A stretch of 63,545 bases of DNA, filler included, from Octopus bimaculoides (taxonomy: Eukaryota): assembly GCF_001194135.2 (NCBI RefSeq). It is 5 parts of 4 records of this genome, joined end to end, with 100 filler letters (N's around TTAATTAATTAA, not from the genome) between each part and the next. Parts side by side here need not be neighbours in the genome. Positions count along the whole stretch, not along the records: positions 30,875 to 53,852 come from NC_068984.1; 4 more parts are not named here. One strand, 5' to 3'. The stretch's first letter is position 1. The number at the start of each line of letters is the position of its first letter. The notes under the pieces were generated by a model that had not been told where the DNA came from, did no database searches, and saw only the letters and a program-made list of their open reading frames with translations. Position numbers and translations under genes: made by a program. Shown here piece after piece: positions 39,225 through 52,245 of this stretch.

Positions 39225-39780
39225 TGTGTGGTGTGGTAGCGGGTGTTATTGTTCCATTCGTATTTTCTGTTGAGGCTTGGTCTGTCTATTGCTATGAGTG
39301 TAGCCTTTATCATCTGTCTAAGTGTCATGTCAATTCTATGTGCTAATAATACTTTGACTTCTATGCTATCGACTGAGCCTCTATGTTCTGCTTGGGAATG
39401 TTGGTAGAGCACTGACGAAGTCTTCTTTGAGCTCTCTCTCTCTATATATATATAGTAAATATTCGTGCATAAGTTTATTGCACCAGCAGTCGGCTTCAGG
39501 CGGGTTCGAGTCCATGATTTCCATGCGCGCTGCAGCGCCCTCCAACTCGAGCCGGCATCGGATAGTTGCCTCGTCGGTGATTGCAAAACCTAAAATTTTA
39601 GTTCTAATAAGGTTTCCACACCAGTTCGCAGACCCCCTACTGACCAGGATGCAGACAATCCAGGACAAGATATCCAATGCCAATATGAGTCGCAAGGTCA
39701 GGAATGTATGTTCACCATACCCTCAAGTACAAGCAAAAGGTCTCCAAAATGTTTAATACCATTCTCTGGATATCTGGTTT
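39225..39780 (-). mobile_element. Penelope-like element, GIY-YIG endonuclease C-terminal fragment
   Basis: Minus frame TSSVLYQHSQAEHRGSVDSIEVKVLLAHRIDMTLRQMIKATLIAIDRPSLNRKYEW fits the PLE GIY-YIG C-terminal pattern (H..H...V.IL...R...EA..I...P.LNR). Confidence 0.6.
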
Positions 39781-39909
39781 TATACCAGAGTGATCTTCTC
39801 CTAGAGACATATTTTAACAAAAACTAAGGGATGCCTCATTCCCAGTGGTCATCTAGCATGCCAGACACTAACCCCAAATTTCTGAGGGCCTGAGTTTTTT
39901 TAATCTTTT

Positions 39910-40405
39910 ACCTGTTTCAGTCATTTGACTGTGGCCATGCTGGGGCACCACCTTGAAGGATTTTAATCGAAGAAATCGAACTCAAGGCGGCTTATTATTT
40001 ATTTTCAAGCTTGGTACTTATTCTATCAGGGCTTTTGGCCGAACTGCTATGTTATAGGGATGTAAACACACCAACACCAGTTGTCAAGTGGTGGAGGGGA
40101 AAAACACAAGCACAAAGTCAACCACACACACACACATGCAGACACACGCAGACACATGCATATATATATTCTTCTATTCTTGTACTTGTTTAAGTCATTT
40201 GACTGCGGCTATGCTGGAGCACCGCTCTAAAGGGTTTTTACTTATAAACGCGGGCTTCTTTCAATTTCCGTGTACTAAATCCACTCACAATGCTTTGGTC
40301 AGCCCGAAACTATACTAGAAGACACTTGTTCAAGGTGCCACACTGTGGGACGGAACACGGAACCATGTGGTTGGGAAGCAAGTTTCTTACCACACAGCTA
40401 CGCCT
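39910..40405 (-). mobile_element. Two adjacent SINE family A copies or fragments
   Basis: Body at 39910-40150 and again at 40180-40405, ending cttaccacacagctacg. Confidence 0.8.
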
Positions 40406-40602
40406 GTGCATGTACCAATCTATGTGTGTGTATGTATGCAATAACTATACAAATATTATTCATATATATATATCTACCTATCCATGCGTTTACATGTGTA
40501 TCTATACTTCATTTATAAAAATACGTATGTATGTGCATATATGTATGTATATATATGTGGATGTATTGTAGTCTCCCTTTCTGTGTATATGTATGTACGT
40601 TT

Positions 40603-40709
<107 letters not shown>

Positions 40710-41258
40710 CACACACCCACGTTCAAAGTACTTGCACTCATGTATACAAATTTTCATTGCATTTATATAGCTTACGTAAATTCGCCGAATCGAACAATAA
40801 AACTTTGTTTTCTTTTTCATAACCTGATGCGTACCCACCCAATGTATCAAGTCTATGGTTATGGTATATCAGAATATCCTGCTTAGAGAAATAATTGTGG
40901 AGAAATAGCCATCGAAATGATATCACACATCTCTGACGTGATACCTTCCAGCAGGTCTTACTGATATCTTCAGAACCAACTCCAAAATCTATATAGTTTT
41001 GTATAGATAGTGATGGAAGAGTGTGATGGCGTTGCAGTCGAGCCTTAAAGCTACTAATGAATGGGAGAAATGAGATTTCTCACGAATCGCAAAGAACTCT
41101 TGAATACAAACTTAGAAAAAAATACGATTGTATATTGAAAGCCTCATTGTTCGATTCCGCGAATTTACATAAAGTATATAAACACAATAAAAATTTGTAT
41201 GTGTGTGGTGTGTGCATGTGCACGTATGTGTTTGGGCGTATATATATATATACACACA

Positions 41259-42770
41259 CTCAGAACCACGCTAATAGCTTAAGAGTGAGATCCTAGCTGG
41301 TTTGCATACTATGTCAACACCATTGTTATGTTTTCATTATTCTGTGTAACGTCTCTTCTTTTTCAGAGCGTCCTTTCAGATTCTTCAGTTTTGGGGTGAA
41401 CCACGCTAATAGCGTCTCTCCTATCTAAGAATAATGCAGCGTGTAATGGCCTTAACGAAGAAGAAAAGTCTGTCATCATCGAGGAAAGTGCTAAAAGCAC
41501 CTCTCTTCATGTCATTGCGGAGAAGTTATGTCGTCATGTAGACATGGTTACATGATTCCTGAAGAACCCTCCACCAAGGAAGAAACGATCCTATTGTGGG
41601 ACTTCCAAGACTGTGACAGCTAGGGATTTAAAGAATATTGGCCGTGGCCGCAAGTTATGTGGGAGACCTGGACAAACAAGCAAAGCCATTTTCACCGCCT
41701 CCGGACATCTTCATGTACCCAAAACAACCATAAATCGCATCTTCGGGACCATGAGTTCCGTCGGAGAACTCCTGAAACTGTTTCCTTTGATGCCTCGCCA
41801 CAGAAGCTTGAGGCTTCAATGGGCCCAAAATTACATGACGTTAGACATGAATTGTACTCTGTTCACTGACGAAATCAGAGCGACCCTTGACCAATCTGAC
41901 GGTTGGGAAAATGTTTGGGTCTTTTTCGGAGATGAACGGCACCAACGTTTACGACATCAACAACAGAGTGAAGGAGTCGTGTTGTGGGCTGGCATCATTG
42001 GGGACAGACTTATTGGCCCAGTCAGGGTGCCTGAAGGAGTTAAAGTGACCGCAGCCGTCTACTGCAATCTCCTGAACGAGGTCTTGGATCCCTTGCTAGA
42101 TGACATACCACTGTTACTTCTAAAGAATCTCGTATTCATGCATGACAACGCTCCCTCCCACCCTTCTAGGACTTCGCAAACATTACTAGGGTCTTACGGC
42201 ATACAAGATGAAAGGTTGATGGTGTGGCCGCCAGCATCTTCGGATTTCAACCCTATCGAAAATCTTTGGTCCATCATTAAATAAGATGTTTATGCCGATG
42301 GACGCCAATTTACGTCGAAAGATGTCTTATGAGCGACCATCGAAGCTGCAGCAGAGACAGTCCAACCTGTTACTATCAATAGTTTACTATTAGGTTTTTT
42401 GAAGTTATCCATCGAATTGGCGCTCATGTGGATAAATAATTCATTATGTCAATAAATGTTATAATATTATTATAGTTTTCTGTTAAATATATACTCCATG
42501 TACGTTTAATATGTATCATTACCCTTCATTTTCTGCAAAAAAAAAAAAATGTCTAGATGGGCTATTTTCATTCAAATGCTATTAGCGTGGTTCAACCCAA
42601 AACTGAAGAGCCTGAAATACAAAAAGAAAGGACGCTACACAGAATAATAAAATCATTACAATGGTGTTGCCATAGTGTGTAAATCAACTGCGAAAATTCT
42701 TATCAAAATCGATTCGCAGAAAACCGAGAAATCCTAAATATCACTCATAACCAATCAGCGTGGTTCTGGG
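41259..42770 (+). mobile_element. Tc1-like DD37E (TRT-type) transposon with long IR/DR ends, inactivated
   Basis: ORF 41613-42284: FTDEIRATLD..DGW, WAGI, FMHDNAPSH-...-WPPASSDFNPIENLW with 37 residues between D and E. TIRs span 41259-41413 versus 42578-42770, with gaaccacgctaatagc-type repeats at both ends of each. TA at 42771-42772. Premature stops present. Confidence 0.88.
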
Positions 42771-43464
42771 TATNNNNNNNNNNNNNNNNNNNNNNNNNNN
42801 NNNNNNNNNNNNNNNNNNNNNNNNNNNNNNNNNNNNNNNNNNNNNNNNNNNNNNNNNNNNNNNNNNNNNNNNNNNNNNNNNNNNNNNNNNNNNNNNNNNN
42901 NNNNNNNNNNNNNNNNNNNNNNNNNNNNNNNNNNNNNNNNNNNNNNNNNNNNNNNNNNNNNNNNNNNNNNNNNNNNNNNNNNNNNNNNNNNNNNNNNNNN
43001 NNNNNNNNNNNNNNNNNNNNNNNNNNNNNNNNNNNNNNNNNNNNNNNNNNNNNNNNNNNNNNNNNNNNNNNNNNNNNNNNNNNNNNNNNNNNNNNNNNNN
43101 NNNNNNNNNNNNNNNNNNNNNNNNNNNNNNTATATATATATATATATATGTATATCTATACATATATCTGTGTATATAAGGCAAATTAGAAAATGGAGAA
43201 GATAATCGCCAAACATCACCCTGCAAAGATACATTTGGATGTATACATTAATTAATTACAATCATATGTATAAGTAATCAAAATAAACAAATAAAATAAC
43301 ATAAATAATACCCCCATCCATACCTATTATTCAATTGCGATACTGCCCTGCAATAGTAAGCACTTGAATATAAATACGTAGGTATACATCCAGTAGTATA
43401 TTAGATATTTATTATCCCTTAGATGGTTACTTAACCTCTAACTCATATAGATATATATATATAC

Positions 43465-43679
43465 TCTTTTACTGTTTTACTTGTTTCAGTCTTTTGACTG
43501 TGGCCATGCTGGAGCACCGCCATTAGTCGAGCAAATCGACCCCAGGACTTATTCTTTGGAAGCCTAGTACTTATTCTATCGGTCTCTTTTGCCGAACCGC
43601 TAAGTTACGGGGACATAAACACACCAGCATCGGTTGTCAAGCGATGTTGGGGGGACAAACACAGACATACAAACACATA
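43465..43679 (-). mobile_element. SINE family A 3' half, young subfamily
   Basis: Nearly identical to the reverse complement of 56105-56325. Confidence 0.9.
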
Positions 43680-44780
43680 NNNNNNNNNNNNNNNNNNNNN
43701 NNNNNNNNNNNNNNNNNNNNNNNNNNNNNNNNNNNNNNNNNNNNNNNNNNNNNNNNNNNNNNNNNNNNNNNNNNNNNNNNNNNNNNNNNNNNNNNNNNNN
43801 NNNNNNNNNNNNNNNNNNNNNNNNNNNNNNNNNNNNNNNNNNNNNNNNNNNNNNNNNNNNNNNNNNNNNNNNNNNNNNNNNNNNNNNNNNNNNNNNNNNN
43901 NNNNNNNNNNNNNNNNNNNNNNNNNNNNNNNNNNNNNNNNNNNNNNNNNNNNNNNNNNNNNNNNNNNNNNNNNNNNNNNNNNNNNNNNNNNNNNNNNNNN
44001 NNNNNNNNNNNNNNNNNNNNNNNNNNNNNNNNNNNNNNNNNNNNNNNNNNNNNNNNNNNNNNNNNNNNNNNNNNNNNNNNNNNNNNNNNNNNNNNNNNNN
44101 NNNNNNNNNNNNNNNNNNNNNNNNNNNNNNNNNNNNNNNNNNNNNNNNNNNNNNNNNNNNNNNNNNNNNNNNNNNNNNNNNNNNNNNNNNNNNNNNNNNN
44201 NNNNNNNNNNNNNNNNNNNNNNNNNNNNNNNNNNNNNNNNNNNNNNNNNNNNNNNNNNNNNNNNNNNNNNNNNNNNNNNNNNNNNNNNNNNNNNNNNNNN
44301 NNNNNNNNNNNNNNNNNNNNNNNNNNNNNNNNNNNNNNNNNNNNNNNNNNNNNNNNNNNNNNNNNNNNNNNNNNNNNNNNNNNNNNNNNNNNNNNNNNNN
44401 NNNNNTATATATATATATATATTATATGTACATATACATACATACATATATATACGTATATATGTATATGTACAGACATACACACCCGCACACACACATA
44501 CATATACATGCATATACACGCACAGGCACACGCATTTATATATATACATGTATATATATATATATCCTCATAGGTAGTTTTTCAATGTCCTTATAGAAAA
44601 AGTTGGATATTGCTCCAGTTGTACCAATTAGAAAGGGACGATTGACACATTCCTTAACTGCCATAATATATTTATTTCAACTGCTCAGTCTGTTTAATTC
44701 TTAGCATTTTCAAGGTGCGTTTACATAACATTTGAGTCATTTGATATTACTACGTTGTCACTTAATATACAATCCTTAAA

Positions 44781-45215
44781 GGCGGCGAGCTGGCAGAAAC
44801 GTTAGCACGCCGGGCGAAATGCTTAGCGGTATTTCGTCTGCCGCTACGTTCTGTGTTCAAATCCTGCCGAGGTTGACTTTGCCTTTCATCCTTTCGGGGT
44901 CGACAAATTATGTACCAGTTATACACTGGAGTCGATGTAATCGACTTAATCCGTTTGTCTGTCCTTGTTTGTCCGCTTCTGTGTTTAACCCCTTGTGGGC
45001 GATAAAGAAATAAGAAACGTTAGCACACTGGGCGAAATTTTTAGACACGGTATTTCGTCTGTCTTTACGTTCTGAGTTCAAATTCCGCCGAGGTCGTCTT
45101 TGCCTTTCATCCCAACGGGGCCGATAAATTAAGTTCCAGTTGCGTACTGGGGTCGATGTAATAGACTGAACCCCTCCCCTAAAATTTCGGGCCTTGCGCC
45201 TAGAGTAGAAAAGAA
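44781..45215 (+). mobile_element. Two tandem SINE family C copies
   Basis: ggcggcgagctggcagaaacgttagc..gtgttcaaatcc..gactttgcctttcatcctttcggggtcg (44781-45008) and a second copy at 45016-45215. Confidence 0.88.
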
Positions 45216-45736
45216 TATACAATTCTCATTTTTATGTTACAGAAAATAATAAGTATATTATCTGGCATCTCTTGGCACACTAAAATGGTATTTTTAAATT
45301 GCCATTTTCTGAGACGGCTGCAAATTCATATGAGCACCAGAGAGCTGTATCTCGAAGACGATCAAATTTAATGATTAGGCCTTTGCAGAATAGCATTGCT
45401 ATCTACTATATCTCGGGGTTTGTGTGGGGATATCATGAGACAATGTGATGTACTTATTCGGAGAATACACTACAGAGGTCAGCTATAATGTAGGAGTGTG
45501 AATGTACATTTGAAAATTGTAAAGAGATCTTTCTTTACATGGAACCATTGGTAGCCTTCTTAAGCCACAAATAAAGTATGCTCACACATATGTATGCATG
45601 CATGCATGTATGTATGTATTGTATGTATGTATGTATGTATGTATTGTATGTATGTATGTATGTATGTATGTATGTATGCCTGCATGTGTGTGTATGTCTG
45701 TGTGCGCGTGTGTGTAGCTTCAGCTCACAAAACTAA

Positions 45737-45797
<61 letters not shown>

Positions 45798-45804
45798 GAG
45801 TGAG

Positions 45805-46290
45805 AGAGCAGTGCATGCCATCAAAGTGACACTAGTGTAAAACATACGAAGCCCAGTACACCTATCATGACTACCCGTCTGATAAGGGTACACCAGGCAC
45901 ATGCATCACAATCATATGTGCGTAACATAGTGATTTCATATCATGATAAACGGCGCATGACCTTGCAGATGGGGCCCTGTTAGAATTTTCTCCAGGTCGA
46001 GTAGCCCATCCGCTCAAATTGTCCCTGAATAAGGGTTGTTTAAGGATGTTGAGCAAAACACCCATGTTTCCAAAGGTGAATTATCCAAACCCCAAAGAAT
46101 TCCTCTCAACACATGGCTGTGATGCTCCTCCACTACTTCTGCTCGTGTTCAGAGGTGCACACATCTTCAGCCACTAAGGGACATGCTCAACTGGTTACGG
46201 TCAAGCAAGTGACAAGCAAATCTGTGATATTGAGCAGAATATTTTCTGTAGACCATCTTTTATACCAAGACAAAACAATTTACATGATAA
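45805..46290 (-). mobile_element. ~490-bp non-coding repeat embedded in (AAT)n arrays
   Basis: Flanked by (ATT)n at 45737-45800 and 46292-46415. No ORF. Recognised from memory as an abundant octopus repeat. Confidence 0.45.
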
Positions 46291-46317
46291 CAATTATTAT
46301 TAGTATTATTATTGTTA

Positions 46318-46394
<77 letters not shown>

Positions 46395-46419
46395 GTTATT
46401 ATTATTATTATTATTAAGA

Positions 46420-46585
46420 TAGCGAGCTGGCAGAATCATTAGCATGCCGGGTAAAATGCTTAGTTATTAGTTTAAATTCCACGAGGTCGATAAATTAAAA
46501 ACTAATGAAACATTGGGATCGATATAATCGACCAATCTCCTCCCACAAAATTGCAAGCTTTGTGCCTATAGTAGAAAGGATTATT
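46420..46585 (+). mobile_element. SINE family C, internally deleted
   Basis: agcgagctggcagaatcattagc...tttgtgcctatagtagaaaggattattatt. Confidence 0.7.
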
Positions 46586-47100
46586 ATTATCATTGAATAT
46601 TGGTGTGAGCTATTGTATCTGTACTTCGCAGATTAAAATTTTATCACTAATCATGCACAACTTAATACATATTTTCGGACAATTTTTAAACATGGAACTT
46701 TCTGGAAAGCTTTGGATACTAACTTTTTAATAAAAAAGACAAAGATCTATTTTGCAGCATAATATATTCTGCTTTTATTCATTTTGCAACTCCTATTGCT
46801 TCGCATCAGGTAATCCTATCGCTTAAAAAAGTGTACATGCTAATAACTACTCAGAAGAATATGAAAAAGCTCAATCTAACTGTACAGTGAAACTCACGAT
46901 TTCTACTGGGAAAAACAGAATTTTTTCAGCTTCTAAAGATAAGACAGCAGCTTTTTCTTCTGTATATCCTCATTTAATTTTGGTCAAGTAAAGTTTCGGG
47001 ATCTTTTCTTTTTAGCCAATTTTATTTAAAATTTTACTTTTTTTTATATTACAGTGATAATTGAAATAGAATTTTATCCATATCTATTTCATCACAAAGG

Positions 47101-47148
<48 letters not shown>

Positions 47149-47319
47149 GTGTGTGTGTATATATATTTGTGCATGTATGTGTATATATATATCAATATAT
47201 TTATGTATATATATATATACATATATATACATACATATATACTCACACACATATATATATAAATATATATATATCTGTATATGTGTACATGCTTTTGTGT
47301 ATGTTTGTGTGTATACGTG

Positions 47320-47356
<37 letters not shown>

Positions 47357-48249
47357 CTATTTGTATGTTGTATACCCATAGGCGAAACTGTAAATAGTAA
47401 GTGATGACTCGTTCAAAATATAATATCATATATATGTATACATTACACAGAAATAAGCATATATATACACATATATAACTATATATATCTGTATATGCGT
47501 ATGTGTTTTTGTGTATGTTTGTGTGTATTCGTGTCTGTATGTGTGTGTGTGTTTGTGTGTGTGTGTTTGTATGTATGTATGTATGTATGTATGTATGTAT
47601 GTATGTATGTATGCATGTATGTATGTATAAAATCGTATATATGTGACACCAAGAAAATGGAAAATCGCAAAAACATTTATTTCACCTACATTCAATGTTG
47701 GAACTAATTTTTGAAGGAAACACAACTGTTATCTGTTTTGTGTATATCCTCATAATTTCTTCATCTCTTATGGTGAAGTTTATGTTTCATTGAGCAGGAC
47801 TAATTTGATCAAAATACATCTCGAATTGTCAACTAATATTAGTTACTCAGCAAATCTCTTTATTATGCTATCTTAAATGACATATATGAGTAATTAATCA
47901 CAATGATACTTTTTTTAAGATGAGGGAAACATGACAGTAGCTTTGTAGAAGGAGTGTACGCCTTAATAAAGAGAAACATGCATTACGTAATGTACACTTA
48001 GATATATTATCTGGACAAAAAGAGGAGATAACCACAACTCATAGTATATGAGATGGCCTTTACCTTTAGTTTCTGTTTGACAAAGTTAACCTGGGCAAAA
48101 TGGTAAACAACAATAATAACAAAGGTAGCTGTTGCAACCTTAGTAACAAGAACCAAAACATACAAAGATATGAACAAAAATAAGAATTGGCGTGGGGGTG
48201 TAGGTGTGGATGGAGTGTTATCAATGAAGAGAGGAGATGGGTAGGAGTG

Positions 48250-48845
48250 AAGAGAGGAAGTAGGTCTCAGATGAAGAGAGGAGGGGAGTTGAGTCCATGT
48301 GGCGCAAAGGAGTGAAGTGAGAAGATTAATACTTGTTCACGGTGAAGGCGGGAGTTCGGATGACTCCTGTGCAAAGACAGATGTCGTGAATGACCGGTAG
48401 AGCGGAAATGGCGCGAGACCGGGGTGTCATTTATGTGTTTGATGTCTCGGAAGTGCTCCGCGAACCGGTCAGCCAACCGACGTCCCGTTTGACCGATGTG
48501 CAGGGGAGGGCAGAAAGAGAAGGAGATGCAGTAAATGACATTACTGGAAGTGCAGGTAAAGGAGTCGGTGATGAGATAAGGACGATGATAGGTGCCTGTG
48601 AGGATGGTGGTTGTTGGAGAGGTAGAGCAAGTACAGCAGCGTGGGCGGGAGCAGGGAACGAGCCAGGTTAGGAGGTGGGGCTAGGGAAGAAACTGGACCA
48701 GGAGATCACGCAGGTTGTGGACTCGTTTGAAGGAGGGAAGGGGTAGGTTGGTGAAGATGTGCGAGTTGGAGGGGTCGGACTAGAGTCGCCTGACGGTTCG
48801 GAGAATGGTGTGTTGGAGGGGCATGGTGGAGAGGTGGTAGGTGAG
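48250..48845 (-). mobile_element. Penelope-like element 3' fragment (RT tail plus GIY-YIG)
   Basis: Minus: ITDSFTCTSSNVIYCISFSFCPPLHIGQTGRRLADRFAEHFRDIKHINDTPVSRHFRSTGH...REQVLIFSLHSFAPHGLN. Confidence 0.88.
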
Positions 48846-49361
48846 GGGAAATGGGATACACACACACATACATATACAATTATATATTATATATATAAAT
48901 ATATAATATGTATATATCAGTGTAAATTATATTCAAATATTTATATGTATATATATATGTATATATATGTGTGCGCTTGTGTGTATATGTATAGATTGAT
49001 ACACACACATACACACATAGATATGAGTGTGTATGTATGTGTGCGTGTTTTTGTATGTGTTTGTGTGTGTGTGTGCGTGTGTGTAAACAATTACGGTCAT
49101 TCAAAATTACACAAAGACTGTTAACTTCTCTTATTTATTATTTAGTATCAAAATTTCGTCGCACCAACTATGACTAAGTGATTAATACGAATCAAATGCG
49201 CAGTTGTCATTACGAGAATTTTGACACATAATAATAGATATTTAAGTAAAGTTAATAGCGTGTGTTTTTTTTTATGGCTAATATCCTTTCCACCATGTTA
49301 TTATTTGAGCTTCAAGAGACTGACCTCAGATCAAATCACTTACTTGGACTGTACACCTCCG

Positions 49362-49420
<59 letters not shown>

Positions 49421-49959
49421 CATAAACCATAAATGTTATTACGACAAAATGCATTTTGTTTCCCCTGTGGCTGCTCTTCGGGAAGTCTTATTCTCTTTCA
49501 AACTTATATTTGTGTACTCGTACTTTATTCTACAGAAATAGTACCCGGACAGTTTTGTTTTTGAACTTGTCGCCCCATTATACGTGTGTACCCCACCACA
49601 TACACAGAGAGTCAACAGATGAGATCCAAAGATTCTAAGTATAGAAGACAGTAGTGATCAAAAGATTCAAACTTAGATTCCGATGTCTTTACAGGAGATC
49701 GATTCCACAAGGTAAAGAATAGCTGTAAGAGGGATCAAGTTGAACGGATATAGAGGCAATTATGTAGATAAGCAAATTAGGTGCATTAATTATATGAATA
49801 TATTAAATATATTAAATATAATAATATAAGTATAAAATTCAAAATATGTATATATTTGTATACAGGCAAAGCGAGAGAAAGCAAACAGTGTAGACTTTAA
49901 GATGATGAATTTCTAAGTATAAACATATAGATATTTTATTAACAGACCCAGCTTACTCA

Positions 49960-50235
49960 GAGTACAAACGACAGAGGAAATTAAAGGGGTGGTAGGAAGG
50001 TGTTATAAGTCCAACTGATGTTTCTGGGGGCTCGGAGATCCATAGTAATGTTGGTAGATGTCATTCATCTCAATATATAGCCGTAATGGATACAATCAAC
50101 ATTGAATGCAAGGAGCCTCTGTCATCAGGGTAGAGAAGATCTTACATTTCAGATCTTAATGTGGAGAAGTTCAAAGATGAAATGATTAAATGTGGAGAAC
50201 TAGGGGCATAAAAGGGGGGTGTCGGTGTGGGTTAT
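49960..50235 (-). mobile_element. Degenerate RTE-like RT fragment
   Basis: Minus frame TLRSEM*DLLYPDD resembles the RTE ..IRDLL(F/Y)ADD catalytic segment. Confidence 0.4.
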
Positions 50236-50326
50236 GAGTGAATACATATATATATTTTGCATTTCATACCCAAGCTATTATAATTAATATAATTAATGTA
50301 CCTAATTTATTTATCTACATAATTGC

Positions 50327-50422
<96 letters not shown>

Positions 50423-50530
50423 GGTGTCTGTATACTCCTTATGCAGAGTTTGACCGCCTCCTGTACCTACACTTTAGCACCATCATGGCACCATCACTTT
50501 AGCTTGACAATCGGTGTCGGTGTGTTTATG

Positions 50531-50869
50531 TTACCGTAAGGTAGTGGTTTGGAATAGGCGACTGCCAGAATAAGTCCAACTGATGTGGATTTTTAAACCA
50601 GACAATGCTCTGAAAAGACATCCACATAGATTGCACCTCCAATTTGGACCACCAAGAACTGCAGATAATTTCTGCTCTCTGTGGATCTTAAAATGTCTCT
50701 TGAGGCCTCCGTTGGATTTGAAAACCTTCTGGCATACACTGCATTCAAAGGTCTGCACAGACATATAGGAAGAATAGTTGGTGAAGGTTCGTTTTCCATG
50801 CGTTCGCAGATGAGATCTGATGTTCAGCAATTTATTTATACATATATTCTGCCATAGATCGATGCACAT
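50531..50869 (-). pseudogene. C2H2 zinc-finger coding remnant (2 clear fingers and 1 decayed)
   Basis: ..IRSHLRTH; FECSVCQKVFKSNGGLKRHFKIH; WRCNLCGCLFRALSGLKIH. Linkers are not TGEKP-type. Confidence 0.65.
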
Positions 50870-51140
50870 CAGTCTTTAAAATATACCAATGTAGCAGTCG
50901 TTAAAATATTAAAACATACTCAAAATTTCGATTATCTTTATGTCGAAATTTAGCTTATCACTGGACCGTCATAGTGCAAAAAAACGAATCCAGATTGAGC
51001 TAAAATTGAAATAGTGGTAAAGCGTTAAATAGGCCGCGAGTGAGCAAAAGTTGAACTTAAGAATATTACTCACACACTACTGTGTGTGAATGATATTTAT
51101 GATACATACAAATACACACACACACACACATATATGTATG

Positions 51141-51214
<74 letters not shown>

Positions 51215-51353
51215 ATATANNNNNNNNNNNNNNNNNNNNNNNNNNNNNNNNNNNNNNNNNNNNNNNNNNNNNNNNNNNNNNNNNNNNNNNNNNNNNNNNN
51301 NNNNNNNNNNNNNNNNNNNNNNNNNNNNNNNNNNNNNNNNNNNNNNNNNNNNN

Positions 51354-52010
51354 TATGTATCTCTTCTATTTTTTTATCGTTACAAATCGTCCACTGAAGA
51401 GGGAGCCGGTTTCCAACAAGGATACAAGGCTCCGTCTTTGAGATGTAGTTAACGCAGACAAATTCACATTTGAAACTTGAGAAAAGGCTTGTATATTTTT
51501 ACTGTTCCACTCACAGTTTGGACTTGTAATGTACGAATTAGCCGGTCGATTTCCCTTTCTGAAAATCCCAGTTTATCCAGATTCTCCTTTAAGAATTTAC
51601 TAACAAAACCTAGTGCTCCAATTATTATTGATATGAATATGAATTCTTATTCTGGATATAAAAACTGGAGTTTTCGAAGCAGTTGTCCATAGATATCTTC
51701 TTTTTCTTTGATTTTCAAAGAGATATTTATATCTGCAGGGCAGCTGACTTCTGTGATGGTACATAGCTTTGCCCCTCGGTCCCAAACAACAATATTCGAC
51801 CTGTTATGTTTACATTTCACGGAAGTTTTGATGGGAATATTCCACCAGTTTTCCTTGAGTTGGCGTTTATGAGTGTATTCCATAGCAGAGGGATTTTCTA
51901 AGTTTATTTCAGGACAGTCTTTTTTGCGGATGGCATTGTAAATTGTTTTAGCAACAACATCGTGCTGATTACGGCTGATCTTACAAATCAGTTTGCACTA
52001 GTATAGTATT
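51354..52010 (-). mobile_element. R4/Dong-type 3' fragment (RLE domain), lineage A
   Basis: HDVVAKTIYNAIRKK; WWNIPIKTSVKCKHNRSNIVVWDRGAKLCTITEVSCPADINISLKIKEKEDIYG; GTVKIYKPFLKFQM*; short UTR ending gagatacata at a gap. Confidence 0.88.
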
Positions 52011-52177
52011 AAACTGGATACAAGACAACAGCATGGATATGTAATAACGTGTTCGTCAGAGCAAGCAGGTATGAAAAAATATGACGACTATTTGAAATAC
52101 CCACTTCATTGACAAATGTACCAGTTCATATTTTTCTCATTTATGGATTCATAAACTGTATGTGCGTGTGAGTGTGT

Positions 52178-52245
<68 letters not shown>

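Noticed and set aside
44781-44870. tRNA-like A/B boxes in SINE heads read as tRNA genes
   Set aside because: No cloverleaf could be folded, and the boxes continue into multicopy SINE bodies.
49690-49745. Possible third hammerhead family (..gagatcgattccacaaggtaaagaatagctgtaagagg, also ~32010)
   Set aside because: Core and GAAA are too degenerate in both copies to claim.
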